From Deltaproteobacteria bacterium (GTDB lineage: Bacteria; Myxococcota_A; Polyangia; Fen-1088), in NCBI GenBank assembly GCA_033763315.1, contig JANRKS010000032.1, positions 416,001 to 480,000 of the forward strand: 64,000 nt of DNA, written 5' to 3'. Under the pieces are notes generated by a model that was not told where the DNA came from, made no database searches, and saw only the letters and a program-made list of their open reading frames with translations. A program made the position numbers and the translations under genes. This document shows positions 27,502 to 38,377 of the stretch, piece after piece; within the stretch, counting starts at the first letter, position 1; each line of letters opens with the position of its first letter.

Positions 27502-29160
27502 ATGACTCGTCGGACTGTCGCAGCCGTCAGCTTCTCGCTGATCTGCAGCCTTTCATTTGTATGTGCACCCCAGGGCCTTGCGTTGGCCGCCAAAAAGAAG
27601 AAGGCCGAGGCGGAAACCGCCGCGGCTGGAACGGGGGAGCAGGGCTCACCTGTTCTTGAGCGCGCGCTCAAGCTCTATGACGCCAAGGAGTACCAGGGCG
27701 CCTCTATCGAATTGTTCAAGGTGGTGGAGGGAGAAACCGCCGACACCGACGCCAACAAGAAGAAGGCCGAATTCTTCATGGGCAAGACCTTGTACAACAT
27801 GAAGTTCTTGTCGGCGTCGCTCACCTTCTTCGACCGCATCGTCGAAGCGGGTCCGGCGCATCCGTTTTACGGTGAAACGCTGAAGTGGCTGGCTTCGCTG
27901 GCGCAGGGGCTCTCCGATTCAACGGCGGTCATCGACCGCATCGGCAAGTACGACCGCAAAGAGCTGGATCAGCCCGCAATTGAAAGCGTGCGCGACCAAC
28001 TTTACTTCTTGCTGGGGCGCTCGTTTTACCGCAAGCGCGAATTTGACCAGGCCGTCAGCCTGTTCCGCGCCGTCCCCAAAGACAGCAAGTACTACGTCAA
28101 GGCGAAGCTGTTCGAGGGCGCCACCTTCGTTCAGGAGTACAAAGGCAAAGAAGCCGCCGAAGCCTTCAAAGAGGTGCTTCGCGTGGCCGAGGAAAGCGAC
28201 AAGCCCGAGCTTAAGCCTTACGAAGAGCTGGCCAACCTTTCGCTTGCCCGTACGTTCTATTCCACGGGCCAATACCAGTTGGCCGCCAAGTACTATGACA
28301 AAGTATCGCCTGAGTCTTACGACTGGGCCAACAGCTTGTTCGAGGCATCGTGGGCGAACTTCATGTTGAAGACGGCCGGCTACCCGAAGGCCCTGGGCAA
28401 CATTCACACGCTGCAGGCTCCTTATTTCGAGAACTTCGTAAAGCCTGAGTCGGTGGCCGAGGCGCTTACGGTGCGCGCCACCATCTATTTCTACAATTGC
28501 CTTTACGACCGCGCCGCCGACGCCATCGCCGACTTCAACCGGCGTGTGCCCCCGTTGGCGCAAGATCTTGCAAAGATGCTTCAAAGCACGCAGGACAACA
28601 CGGAGTTCTTCGAGCTCGCGGTGAAGATCCAAAAGGGCAAATCGGGCCTGCCCAAGAACGTGGAGCGCGCCGCCAAAGCCGTGCTTTCCGACTTGAGCCT
28701 CGAACGCCGCTTCCAATACGTTGAGCAGTTGGATGGCGAGATGAAGCGCTTTGATGATTCGGAAGCGGCCTGGAAATCCACCGCGATTGCCAACGCCGTT
28801 TACACTGATCTCACCTTGCAAAAGTCACTCACCACAAATGAGGCCGGCGATTTGGCCCGCCAGCGCATCACACGCTTGGTCAGCGAACTGGCCCAGCTCA
28901 TCAAGCGCGTCATCAAGATCGAATACGAAATCTTGCAGGGCGAAAAGGGCACGTTGCAACAGGAGATCGTGACTGAGCAACAAGCCAACAAGGTCAACAA
29001 AGCCAAAGAGGTTGGCAATGTGCGCGTCGACGACGAGCACTTGTTCTGGCCGTTCACGGGTGAGTACTGGCGCGACGAACTTGGTTACTACCGCGTTCGC
29101 CTGATGAACAAGTGCGCCCGGAACGCCCCCGAAGGCGCGCCGGTGGGCCCCACCGAGTAG
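27502..29160 (+). CDS. gltC: Periplasmic TPR protein GltC/NfsC family
   Basis: Signal peptide, TPRs, SLFEASWANF..ALGNIHTL.APYF, C-terminal WPFTGEYWRDELGYYR..C signature. Alternative GTG start 27487. Confidence 0.85.
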   Translation: MTRRTVAAVSFSLICSLSFVCAPQGLALAAKKKKAEAETAAAGTGEQGSPVLERALKLYDAKEYQGASIELFKVVEGETADTDANKKKAEFFMGKTLYNMKFLSASLTFFDRIVEAGPAHPFYGETLKWLASLAQGLSDSTAVIDRIGKYDRKELDQPAIESVRDQLYFLLGRSFYRKREFDQAVSLFRAVPKDSKYYVKAKLFEGATFVQEYKGKEAAEAFKEVLRVAEESDKPELKPYEELANLSLARTFYSTGQYQLAAKYYDKVSPESYDWANSLFEASWANFMLKTAGYPKALGNIHTLQAPYFENFVKPESVAEALTVRATIYFYNCLYDRAADAIADFNRRVPPLAQDLAKMLQSTQDNTEFFELAVKIQKGKSGLPKNVERAAKAVLSDLSLERRFQYVEQLDGEMKRFDDSEAAWKSTAIANAVYTDLTLQKSLTTNEAGDLARQRITRLVSELAQLIKRVIKIEYEILQGEKGTLQQEIVTEQQANKVNKAKEVGNVRVDDEHLFWPFTGEYWRDELGYYRVRLMNKCARNAPEGAPVGPTE

Positions 29161-29219
29161 CCAGCAGTTTGATAGCAAAAACGAAGATGTTGTTTAGGCA
29201 TCCCAAGGAGCTAGGTCTT

Positions 29220-32200
29220 ATGTCGACCACGCGATCGGGCGCTTTGCGCCGTTTCTGTACTCTGTCCACCCTGTCGGCATCGCTTCTGTTGTTGGGCGCG
29301 TCGTCGGTGACGGCCGCCCCCTACAAAAAGGGCGAGCGCGAGATCTCCGGGGTTCAACAAACCGATCTGACCAAGCCCAAAGCTCCGGACGCCTCCAAAC
29401 CGGGCGCCACCGGCCCGGTGCTGACGATCGATCAGTTCGTTGAGCAGAAGCGCTCGGAGATCATGAAGATCGTCGACAAGCAGATCGAGCAAATGCAGCG
29501 CTTGATCAACGTCACCGACGACAGCGATCCGCAAAAACCCGACTTTCACTTCCGTTTGGCGGAGTTGTTTGCGGAAAAGCACCGCTATTACACGTTCTAC
29601 GCGCGTGGCTTGGATCAAAAGATCTTCGACGCCAAGGGCAGCGAGAAGTCGTCCTTGCAGTCAAAGCAGAAGGAAGCCGAGAAGCGCAGCGACGCTTACT
29701 TGAAGGAAGCGGTGAAGGGCTACATGGCCGCCCGTAACTTCAAGAAGTACCAGCGCATGGACGAAGTGCTGTTCAAGCTTGCGTACCTGTTGCAAACGGT
29801 CAAACGCGAAGACTTGGCCCGCGAAGTGTTTCACGAGTTGATCAAGGATTACCCCAACTCGAAGTACATCCCCGACGCTTATCTTTCGTTCGCTGAATTC
29901 TATTTCGCCAAGGGCGAGATGGACGCGGCCCGCAAGTTCTACGAAAAGGTGGAACAGTTCCCTGACTCAAGCGTTTACGGCTACGCCGTTTACAAAAAGG
30001 GCTGGTGCTACGTCAACTTAGGCGACTTCAAGAAGGCGCTTGAGATCTTCGTGGGCGTCATTCGCCTCACCGAGCAAGGCAAAGGTGGCAACAAAGGCCA
30101 GCGTGATGCTTTGCAAAAGGAAGCCCGCAAGGACGTGGTCAAGGCCTACGCCCGCGTGGGTGGCCCCGACAAGGCGTGGGAGTTCTTCCAACGCGTGGGC
30201 GGCGACTTCGCTCCCAAGATGATGGAAGGCCTCGGCGAGCTTTACTGGGATCAAGGTATGTTCGGCGATTCCACGAAGGTCTACCGCCGCATCATCAGCT
30301 TGAACCCAGAGTCGGAGCGCGTGTGCGAATGGCAAAACAAGATCCTGCGCAACACGCTTTCCGAAGGCAAGAAGAGCGACCAGGTGCAGGAGCTGCAACG
30401 CATGGGTGCCGCCTATGAGTTGGCCTCCAAAAAGCAGGGCGTGAAGAAGAACATTCTCGACGAGTGCAAGAATGCTTTCCACGACACAACCAAAGAGCTG
30501 GCGCTTATCTGGCACAAGGAAGCCCAGAAGACAAAGAACCCGGACACCTACGAGTTGGTGCGGTTCGTTTACACCGAGTACTTGAAGTATTTCGAGAACG
30601 AACCCGGCGCGGCCGATATGCGGTTCTATTTCGCTGAAGTTTTGTGGATGACCGAACGCTGGAAAGAAGCGGCCGAGCAATACACAAAGTTCGTTGAAGC
30701 CAACCCCAAGCACAAAGATGCCAAGGATGCAGCCTACGCGGCCGTGTTGGCGTGGCAGAACGCTTTGAACATCACAGACACGCGCCCAGCGCAAAAAGAA
30801 GACGACAAGAAGTTCGAGAAGATCGAGCTGCCTGCCGCGCAGCGGAAGATGATTGAGGCCTATGACACGTACATCAAGTACGTGCCCGATTCGCCTGACT
30901 TGGTGAAGATCAAGTACCGCAAGGCGCGCGTTTACTACGAATACAACCACTTCGAGGAGGCCGCGAAGTACTTCGCCGAGGTGGTGAACAGCCACGCCGA
31001 CGACGAGCTCGCGATCTACTCGGCGAACTTGCTATTGGACTCTTTGAACGTGTTGGGCAAGACCGAAGAGCTGGTGGTCTGGGTGGATAAGTTTGTCCAA
31101 AACCCCGTGCTTATGAAGGACGAAGAGTTCCGCAAGCAGATGGTGTCGTTGAAGACCGACGCGCTCGTCAAAGAGGCGAAGGACTTTGAAGGGCAGGGCA
31201 AATACAAAGAGTGCGGCATCTCGATGGTGGCCGCGGCGGAGTCGATGCCCGATCACCCCAAGCACGACGAGCGTTTGTACAACGCGGGCCTGTGCTTTCA
31301 AAACGCACGCTTGATTGGCCAGGCAATTCGCTATCGACGCCAGCTGATCACCGAGCACCCAGACAGCAAACTTTCGCAGCGGGCACTGTTCCAGGTCGCG
31401 GCCGGTTACCACCAGATCGCTTCGTACACGAAGGCGTCGGAATACTACGAGCAATTCGCCACCAAGTTCCCTGGCGAGGATCGTTCACCCACCGCTTTGG
31501 GCAACGCCACGGCGTTCCGCATTGGCTTGGGCGAAAGCGACAAAGCCAAAGAGAACATGAACGCGTTCATCAAGTACTACGGTGGTCGCAAGCCCGTGGA
31601 TGCGGCTGACGTGTTCTTCCAGATGGGCGAGATCTACGAGAAACAAGGCGACGACGATGGCCTTGTCAAGCACCTCGATTCTTACCTCAAGACCTGGGGC
31701 AAGAAGGGCGGCGTTGATAAGGAAATCTTGGCTCACTTCAAGATGGGCGAGATCCTTTGGAGCCGTTCATGCCCCGTCAAAACGGTCAATGGCGCTTGTA
31801 TTGAGGTCAAGCGCGTCGAAGCGACAGGCCGTGAGTTGGCGTTCGACAAGATCAAGCGCTCGCAGAAGGGCAAACAAAAACGTTTGCGTGTGCCCAAGCA
31901 AACCCAGTGCGGTCCGGCCACGCGATCAAAGGTTATTGTGCATGACCGTAAATCGAACCTGGCCAAGGACGCGCAAAAGCACTTCGACGCCGTGTTGAAG
32001 TTGTTCAACGGCGGCAAGGCCTTGGACCGCGTGCCGGGCGATTCGGCTGAGAAGCAAGCACGCGCAGGCTTGGCCACGTCGGCCGCCGCCGGGTCGGCTT
32101 TCTATCAAGCGGAAGAGGTTTACGAAGAGTTCTTGCGCACCAAGTTCCCCGAGGGCCTGGACTTCCAAACGCCGCAGTCCTACTACGGCAAAGCTAAGAA

Positions 32201-32753
32201 CGACAAGATCAAGAAGACGCTTGAGGACTCCACCAAGCGGTTCGGCAAGTACTTGGACGACAAGGGCAAGATCACCATCAAGTTGGTGGGTGATCCGGGC
32301 AAGAGCCAAGGTCTTTACGAGAAGGTGTTTGCGTTCAAGGTGGCCAACTGGACCATCGCCGCTGCCGCCCGCATCGGGCAGGTTTGGCAGAATTTCACGG
32401 ATCAGCTGTACACCGCTGAGATCCCCAAGAACCTCAAGGAAGTGGACGAATACGGCAACCGGCCGCGCGAGATCTACTGCGACGCCTTGGTGGATAAAGC
32501 CGAGCCAATCGAATCCAAGGCCGTGGTTGGTTTCCAGGTTTGCTTGGAAGGCGCCACGCGTGAGAGCTGGTTCAACGATTGGTCGCGTTTGTGCGAAGTT
32601 GAACTGAACCAAATGCAGCCTTCGGAGTACCCGTTGGCGGCCGAAGCAAAACCCGAAGCCGGCTACACCCCCACGGTTGTGAAGCCTGCGCCCGTCGTCA
32701 CGGATCTGCCTGACGCGAAGAAGGGCCTGTCTCTGAGCGGCGGTGACGAATGA
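29220..32753 (+). CDS. gltD: Large periplasmic TPR protein GltD (AgmU)/NfsD family
   Basis: ~1180 aa TPR protein, FRLAELFAEK, LIKDYPNSKY, W.IAAAARIG, WFNDWS; AAGGAG SD; gene order. Confidence 0.82.
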   Translation: MSTTRSGALRRFCTLSTLSASLLLLGASSVTAAPYKKGEREISGVQQTDLTKPKAPDASKPGATGPVLTIDQFVEQKRSEIMKIVDKQIEQMQRLINVTDDSDPQKPDFHFRLAELFAEKHRYYTFYARGLDQKIFDAKGSEKSSLQSKQKEAEKRSDAYLKEAVKGYMAARNFKKYQRMDEVLFKLAYLLQTVKREDLAREVFHELIKDYPNSKYIPDAYLSFAEFYFAKGEMDAARKFYEKVEQFPDSSVYGYAVYKKGWCYVNLGDFKKALEIFVGVIRLTEQGKGGNKGQRDALQKEARKDVVKAYARVGGPDKAWEFFQRVGGDFAPKMMEGLGELYWDQGMFGDSTKVYRRIISLNPESERVCEWQNKILRNTLSEGKKSDQVQELQRMGAAYELASKKQGVKKNILDECKNAFHDTTKELALIWHKEAQKTKNPDTYELVRFVYTEYLKYFENEPGAADMRFYFAEVLWMTERWKEAAEQYTKFVEANPKHKDAKDAAYAAVLAWQNALNITDTRPAQKEDDKKFEKIELPAAQRKMIEAYDTYIKYVPDSPDLVKIKYRKARVYYEYNHFEEAAKYFAEVVNSHADDELAIYSANLLLDSLNVLGKTEELVVWVDKFVQNPVLMKDEEFRKQMVSLKTDALVKEAKDFEGQGKYKECGISMVAAAESMPDHPKHDERLYNAGLCFQNARLIGQAIRYRRQLITEHPDSKLSQRALFQVAAGYHQIASYTKASEYYEQFATKFPGEDRSPTALGNATAFRIGLGESDKAKENMNAFIKYYGGRKPVDAADVFFQMGEIYEKQGDDDGLVKHLDSYLKTWGKKGGVDKEILAHFKMGEILWSRSCPVKTVNGACIEVKRVEATGRELAFDKIKRSQKGKQKRLRVPKQTQCGPATRSKVIVHDRKSNLAKDAQKHFDAVLKLFNGGKALDRVPGDSAEKQARAGLATSAAAGSAFYQAEEVYEEFLRTKFPEGLDFQTPQSYYGKAKNDKIKKTLEDSTKRFGKYLDDKGKITIKLVGDPGKSQGLYEKVFAFKVANWTIAAAARIGQVWQNFTDQLYTAEIPKNLKEVDEYGNRPREIYCDALVDKAEPIESKAVVGFQVCLEGATRESWFNDWSRLCEVELNQMQPSEYPLAAEAKPEAGYTPTVVKPAPVVTDLPDAKKGLSLSGGDE

Positions 32754-34411
32754 GCCTCGCCATCCTACGGAAAATCGCAACCACTTACGGCCATGACGGT
32801 ATTGACGGCAGGAACAGCCAAGTGAAGCCAACGAAGTTCAGCATGAAACTGTTTGCGGGCCGGGGCGCGTGCGCTTTGGCCTTGGGCGCGCTGTTTGGCG
32901 CGGGCTGTGGTGGCCCTCAAAAAACAGGCGGTGGCGGTGTCAGCGGTGGCGGTGGCCCGGCGTCAGAGCAAGGCGCGGATTCGATCATTGAAGGCACGGC
33001 CAAAACAGCGCCCGCTCGTGAAGTGTCCGCCGAAGAGCGCGAGGACTTTACGAAGGCGATGGCCAAGTATCTCGACCTCAAGGCCGACGGTACGCTGTCG
33101 AGCGGCGAGTGCGATATGGCCGCGTCTGGGTTCAAGAAGGCTGCGGATGCGAATCCGAAGCTGCGCGAGGCGCGCTACAACCAAGGCGCTGTGCTGATGG
33201 AGTGTAGCCACGACAACGAGGCACAAACCATTTTTGCGCAGATGGCGACAGGCAAAGACGCATTTGCTCCTGCCGTCACGCAGCTGGGTGTGGCCGCGTA
33301 TCGCAAAAACGATCGCGCCGAAGCCGAACGTCAGTTCACACGCGCGATCGAGATCGATCAGAATCTGAATTCGGTCGCCGCTCGCAACAACTTGGCACAG
33401 CTGCTTCGCGACCGAATGTTGGGCCAGCAAGGCGACGAACGGAAGCGGACGGCCAACCGAGCGATCCAGCACCTGCGAGCGGTGTTGGCAATCGATGGCA
33501 CGAACATTCAGGCCTACGCCACTTTGTGCCACATCTATCAGCTGCTCGGTTACCCCGACATGGCAAAACTGGTGGGCAACCAAGCCATCCGTCGCGCCGC
33601 TGAAATTGCCACGGGTTCCGTCGAAGAAGAACAAGGCGGTCCTGCCGAAGACGCCGAAACAGCAAACGCGGGCAAGACGAAGGGCAAAGCCAAAAAGAAG
33701 GAAGACGCTCCGGCAGCCAGCAAGAAGACCAAGGGCACGGGTTACACCCGGGAGATGAACCAGCAGCTGGGCCTGGTCTACAACACGTTGGCGCTTATCG
33801 ACCTGGACAAGAAGAACGTCACGGGCGCGATCGGCAATTTCAAGTCGGCCATCCAGCGAGATCCCGACCTGATGGAAGCGCGTATGAACCTGGCAGCGAT
33901 CGCGTTGAACTTCCGCGACTACACAACGGCTGAGGAGAACTTCCGCCTGGTGTGGAAGGCGCAGCCTGCGAATTACGAAGCCGTCATTGGCTTGGGTGTG
34001 GCACAGCGAGGCAACAAGAAGGCTGACGACGCTGAACAGACCTACTTGGCGGCGCAGAAGATCGACGCCAACAACCCCAAGAGCTACTACAACCTGGGTC
34101 TGCTTTACCAAGACTACAAGGGTGGTCAGAAGCCCGAGCTGCAAAAGGCGCAGGGCTACTTCCGTGACTTCATCGCTAAATCAAGCGGCGGCGAATTGAA
34201 GAAGGACGCCCAAAAGCGCATCAAGGACATCGACGAGATGTTCGTGGCGTTGGAAGAGGCAGCGAAGCTCCAGGCCGAATACGAGAAGATGCTCAAAGAG
34301 GCCGAGGAGATGGAAAAGAAGCAGAAGGCCGAAGAAGAGAAGGCCGGTGCGGCTGCCCCCGCGGGCGACGCGACCGCTCCCGGCGCCGCTGCGCCTCCGG
34401 CCACAAAGTAA
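32750..34411 (+). CDS. gltE: TPR lipoprotein GltE (AglT)/NfsE family
   Basis: Lipobox GAGC (start may be 32822 or 32843), EARMNLAAIALNFRDY, YYNLGLLY, charged coiled-coil tail; between gltD and gltF. Confidence 0.8.
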   Translation: MSLAILRKIATTYGHDGIDGRNSQVKPTKFSMKLFAGRGACALALGALFGAGCGGPQKTGGGGVSGGGGPASEQGADSIIEGTAKTAPAREVSAEEREDFTKAMAKYLDLKADGTLSSGECDMAASGFKKAADANPKLREARYNQGAVLMECSHDNEAQTIFAQMATGKDAFAPAVTQLGVAAYRKNDRAEAERQFTRAIEIDQNLNSVAARNNLAQLLRDRMLGQQGDERKRTANRAIQHLRAVLAIDGTNIQAYATLCHIYQLLGYPDMAKLVGNQAIRRAAEIATGSVEEEQGGPAEDAETANAGKTKGKAKKKEDAPAASKKTKGTGYTREMNQQLGLVYNTLALIDLDKKNVTGAIGNFKSAIQRDPDLMEARMNLAAIALNFRDYTTAEENFRLVWKAQPANYEAVIGLGVAQRGNKKADDAEQTYLAAQKIDANNPKSYYNLGLLYQDYKGGQKPELQKAQGYFRDFIAKSSGGELKKDAQKRIKDIDEMFVALEEAAKLQAEYEKMLKEAEEMEKKQKAEEEKAGAAAPAGDATAPGAAAPPATK

Positions 34412-34499
34412 TTTCCGATTAAAATCAAGCCGTTGCGACTTTGCGGGAACTTTGTTCGCAAACGGTTGTCTAAAACCGACACTAGGCGAGGAGAACGAC

Positions 34500-34787
34500 A
34501 TGAAGACGCGTACCGGAATAACCATGGCTGCTCTGTCTGCATCGCTGTTGACCTGCACGCTGGCTTTTGCCCAGGCAAAACCTCCGGGTGGCGAAACGAC
34601 CTCTGAGGACGGAGCCACCTACAAAGCCAAAACGGTATACGACTTCGATGACGACAATGTTGAGGGTGATCTGCAGCGTCCGGACGGTGAGTTGATCAAC
34701 TCCCTCAACAACGTGAAGCACGACAGCCTGATTGAGATCCGCAAGGACTTCATCCCCGAGATGTTGAAGTCGCTCGAGGACATGTAA
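34500..34787 (+). CDS. gltF: Small secreted protein GltF (CglF)/NfsF family
   Basis: Signal peptide, KTVYDFDDDNVEGDLQRPDG..SLIEIRKDFIPEMLKS; GAGGAG SD. Confidence 0.88.
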   Translation: MKTRTGITMAALSASLLTCTLAFAQAKPPGGETTSEDGATYKAKTVYDFDDDNVEGDLQRPDGELINSLNNVKHDSLIEIRKDFIPEMLKSLEDM

Positions 34788-34872
34788 AAAAAATTTTTAG
34801 AGCCGGTTTCCGTTCGCCTCCGCCCGCCTGTCTCTGATTCGGTTTTAGCCGCTGTTCAAGGAGTTCCCGTCA

Positions 34873-37152
34873 ATGACCACGTTTAAGGTGCCTCTTCGCT
34901 TTCAGATCTTCCACGGCGACGAACTATTGCGGGAGGAAGTGATCAGCGAGCCGGTGATCAAGGTCGGCAAATTGCCCTCTTCGCACTTGCGCCTCGATGA
35001 CGAATCGGTGTCGCGCATGCACGCGGTGATTGAGGTCAATGGTCCCGACGACATTCAAGTCATCGACCTTGGCTCAACCCACGGCACGCTTGTAAACGGC
35101 GACAAAGTGGCCCGCACACGCATCAAGCCCGGCGACGAGATCGCGTTTGGCCATCTGCGTGTGATCGTTTCTTACGCGGATGATGAAGCCACCAAAGTGG
35201 CGGCGCCCGCCTACGCCGAAAACGTGGTGCCCCAATCCGCCACGCCGCCGCCCGCTTACGTGGCACCGCCCGCGCCAGCTCCTGTGGCACCACCTTCGCC
35301 CGTGGCCGCGCCCCCGCGCATGGTGGCTCCCACGGCTCCGATCCCGCAATCCGCTGGCGGCGCGCCCCCGCGTCCTCCCGCGCCGCAGTACCCATCTCCT
35401 CCCATGATGCAGCCTCCGCCCGGTTTTCCTGGCGCCGGAGCGCCAACAGGTATGTCGCAGATGGCCGCGGCGGCCTCCGCTGCTGAAATTGAAGAAGTGG
35501 GCAGCCAGGCGGTCGAGGTTCAGTCCTTGTTCCGCGGCGTTGTGGTGAACACCCGCCACCTCACGGATCCCTCGGGCAAAGCCCACAATGGCACCGGCAA
35601 GATCATGACGATCGCGGGTGCGGTGTTGGCCGTGATCGCCTTGTTGACCTTGGCCGGTGCTTCGGTGCAAGAAGGCCACGAAAAAGACGCCTTCGAGAAG
35701 CACATGTCCGAGGGCAAAGATCCCGCGAAGTTCGTGCACAGCCGCGGCAACCCCGCGTTGGACGTGTTGTTCTTCGGCGGCATCCTCGTCGGCGTGTCCC
35801 TTTCGTACATGGGCCTCAAGCGCTGGAGCCGCATCGAAAAGGATTACGTGGTTGGTTCGTCCACCGGCGCGGATGCGCCCTTGGCGCCTGAGTTCGCAGG
35901 TGGTGAGCGCCTGGCGTTGGTCACGGCCAGTGGCAGCGACTTCGTTGTCCACACCACGCCGTCAATGCAGGGTGAAGTTTACATCGGCGGCCAGGCGATG
36001 CCGTTGGCCAACTACGTTCAGCAGCGCGGCCAATCTTTCCCGCTGACCGACGGGGCACGCATCCGTCTGGACGCGGGCGAAACACGCTTTTTGATTTCGT
36101 CGGTGGCAAAGCCCCGCACGCTACCCGTTCCCTTCTTGCTGTGGAGCTGGGCCGAACAAAAGTTCACCCTGGCCGCCGCGGGCGTGTTGTTGCTGTTCTT
36201 GGTGATCATCTTCTCGGTGCCACCTGATCCAAAGTCATTGTCCTTGGATCTTTTGAACACCGACAACCGCTTCGTGAACTTCCTCATCAAGCCACCCGAG
36301 GAAAAAGAGGAAGAAATTCCCGAGTGGCTCAAGAGCAACAAGAACGACGACCAGGGTGGCAAAGGCAAGGCTCACAAGGGCGAGCAAGGCAAGATGGGCA
36401 AAGAGTCGTCCAAGAACAAGCAAGGCTTGTACGGACTTAAGGGCCCACAAGACAACCCCGATCCACACTTGGCCAAGAAGCTGGCCGAAGAAGAAGCGAA
36501 GAACGCGGGTATCTTGGGCCTGATCAAGGCCGACGAAGGTTCGCATTTGGCTTCGTTGTTCGGCCGCGATACAGCTTTGGGCAGCGACGCCGAGAACGTT
36601 TTGGGCGGCTTGTTGGGCAACCAAATCGGCGAGGCCTACGGCGTCGGCGGCTTGGGCATGACCGGCACCGGCTCGGGCGGCGGCGGCACCGGCGAAGGCA
36701 CGATTGGCCTCGGCAACCTGGGCACCATCGGCAAAGGTGGCGGCGGAGGCAATGGTTCCGGCTACGGCCGTGGCGCCGGCGGTTTGCGCGGTCGCCGCGC
36801 TCGCGCCCCCGACGTTATCCCTGGCCAGGCGGCTGTGCGCGGTTCGTTGGACAAGGAAATCATCCGCCGCATCATTCGTCGCCACATCAATGAAGTGAAG
36901 TATTGCTACGAGCAAGAGCTCGTGAAGAAACCAGACCTGCAAGGCCGCATCGCCGTCCAGTTCACCATCGCGGCCACGGGCCAAGTGGTGACCTCGGTTA
37001 TGCAAACCTCTTCAGTGGGCAGCCCCAAGGTTGAGAACTGCGTGGTGCAGGCGGTTCGTCGTTGGGAGTTCCCAAAGCCCAAGGGTGGCGGTATCGTCAT
37101 CGTTTCATACCCGTTCGTGTTCAATCCTGCCGGTGGCGGGGACGAGCAATAG
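34873..37152 (+). CDS. gltG: FHA + TM + TonB-C-like (AgmX/PglI C-terminal) energy transducer GltG
   Basis: FHA (IKVGKLPSSHLRLDDESVSRMHA..DLGSTHGT), Pro-rich linker, TM, Gly-rich region, GSLDKEIIRRIIRRH..YCYE..W.FPKPKGGG.V.VSYPF. Confidence 0.9.
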   Translation: MTTFKVPLRFQIFHGDELLREEVISEPVIKVGKLPSSHLRLDDESVSRMHAVIEVNGPDDIQVIDLGSTHGTLVNGDKVARTRIKPGDEIAFGHLRVIVSYADDEATKVAAPAYAENVVPQSATPPPAYVAPPAPAPVAPPSPVAAPPRMVAPTAPIPQSAGGAPPRPPAPQYPSPPMMQPPPGFPGAGAPTGMSQMAAAASAAEIEEVGSQAVEVQSLFRGVVVNTRHLTDPSGKAHNGTGKIMTIAGAVLAVIALLTLAGASVQEGHEKDAFEKHMSEGKDPAKFVHSRGNPALDVLFFGGILVGVSLSYMGLKRWSRIEKDYVVGSSTGADAPLAPEFAGGERLALVTASGSDFVVHTTPSMQGEVYIGGQAMPLANYVQQRGQSFPLTDGARIRLDAGETRFLISSVAKPRTLPVPFLLWSWAEQKFTLAAAGVLLLFLVIIFSVPPDPKSLSLDLLNTDNRFVNFLIKPPEEKEEEIPEWLKSNKNDDQGGKGKAHKGEQGKMGKESSKNKQGLYGLKGPQDNPDPHLAKKLAEEEAKNAGILGLIKADEGSHLASLFGRDTALGSDAENVLGGLLGNQIGEAYGVGGLGMTGTGSGGGGTGEGTIGLGNLGTIGKGGGGGNGSGYGRGAGGLRGRRARAPDVIPGQAAVRGSLDKEIIRRIIRRHINEVKYCYEQELVKKPDLQGRIAVQFTIAATGQVVTSVMQTSSVGSPKVENCVVQAVRRWEFPKPKGGGIVIVSYPFVFNPAGGGDEQ

Positions 37153-37207
37153 GCGTCTCGTTCAGCTTAAGTTCTGAACGAGTTTGAAGAAATCAGGAGA
37201 ACGCGAG

Positions 37208-38092
37208 ATGCAACGCCACCTTAAGGTTGTGCTGGTGCTGGGCCTTATCATTCCGGCCTGTGACGCCTTCGTTTGCAGCCAGCAACGGAAGAAAGCCATG
37301 GAGCTTTCAAATGAAGGCGTGACGGCCTTCAAAAATAACCTCTACGATCGCGCTGAACGGGAGCTCAAGCTCGCCATCCAGACCGATCCCACGTACGCCC
37401 TGGCCCACTACAACTTGGGCAAGGTCTACCAAAAACAACGCAAGTGGGACAAAGCGGTGGAGTCGTTCGAGGCCGCGGCCGAGGGCGATTCGGGCAACGC
37501 CAACTATCAATACGATCTGGGCGAGGCTTACCTTGAAATGAAGCGGCTCGACAAGGCGCGCGACGCCTTAAAGAAGTCGACCGACCTCAACAACAAGGAT
37601 TATCGTGTTCACTGGCGCTTGGGCATCGTCTACAAGTTGCTCGAAGAGCCCAAGCTGGCCGACGTTTCCTACCGCGCCGCGATCAACGCCAACCCACGCT
37701 TCGATAAGGCGTTCCGGGATTTGGGCTACTTGTACATGGAGTACGAGTACACCAAGGAGGCGGCGACCGTGTTTTCGGAATGCGCCCGGATCAACAAGTT
37801 CGCGGCTGAATGCTTCAATGGCCAGGGCTTGGCGCAAAAGGATTTGCACGAGTACGGGGACGCCACCAGCGCCTTCAAAAAGGCGATTGAGCTTGAGCCC
37901 ACACTGTTCGAGGCCGTTTACAACATCGGCATGACCTACGCCGATTGGTACGAGCAATCGCACGCCGAAGACCACAAGGCGATGGCACGCGACTTCTTGC
38001 AGAAGTTCGTGGCCTCGGGTGGCGCCAAGGACGGTGGCGTTGGCTACGTCAAAGCCGCCAACGACAAGCTCTACGCGCTTTCAGGAACGTAA
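37208..38092 (+). CDS. TPR lipoprotein
   Basis: AGGAG SD, lipobox IPAC, about 7 canonical TPRs. Confidence 0.85.
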   Translation: MQRHLKVVLVLGLIIPACDAFVCSQQRKKAMELSNEGVTAFKNNLYDRAERELKLAIQTDPTYALAHYNLGKVYQKQRKWDKAVESFEAAAEGDSGNANYQYDLGEAYLEMKRLDKARDALKKSTDLNNKDYRVHWRLGIVYKLLEEPKLADVSYRAAINANPRFDKAFRDLGYLYMEYEYTKEAATVFSECARINKFAAECFNGQGLAQKDLHEYGDATSAFKKAIELEPTLFEAVYNIGMTYADWYEQSHAEDHKAMARDFLQKFVASGGAKDGGVGYVKAANDKLYALSGT

Positions 38093-38141
38093 TCGCGCTT
38101 GCCGTTCACAACCGGCGGTTGTGTGTCAGCGTGCTCGGTGG

Positions 38142-38165
38142 GGGCCTTCGGTCGGAAGGCCCTTT
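38142..38165 (+). terminator. Putative intrinsic terminator between the TPR lipoprotein gene and gltI
   Basis: GGGCCTTC-GGTCG-GAAGGCCC followed by TTT; second hairpin CACAACC/GGTTGTG just upstream. Confidence 0.55.
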
Positions 38166-38377
38166 GCCGTTTCTGATCGCAACCGCCGCGAAACCTCGCT
38201 CGGCCTGTCGGTGCAAGTGCTCTGGCGGCGCACACGGCCGGAAGTTCAACTGCCCGTTTTCTCTCTAGAAAACACAGGGGTTCCGATTGTGGCCGTGTTT
38301 TACAGCGTGGTATAAGAATCCCTCTTTTCGACCCCGACCCTCGCTAAACAGATCGCCCCTTCATACGGAGGACCAAC

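Noticed and set aside
34785-34800. A8-T5 run after gltF as a phase-variation tract
   Set aside because: It is intergenic, starts within the stop codon and cannot shift a frame; at most a weak processing or termination signal.
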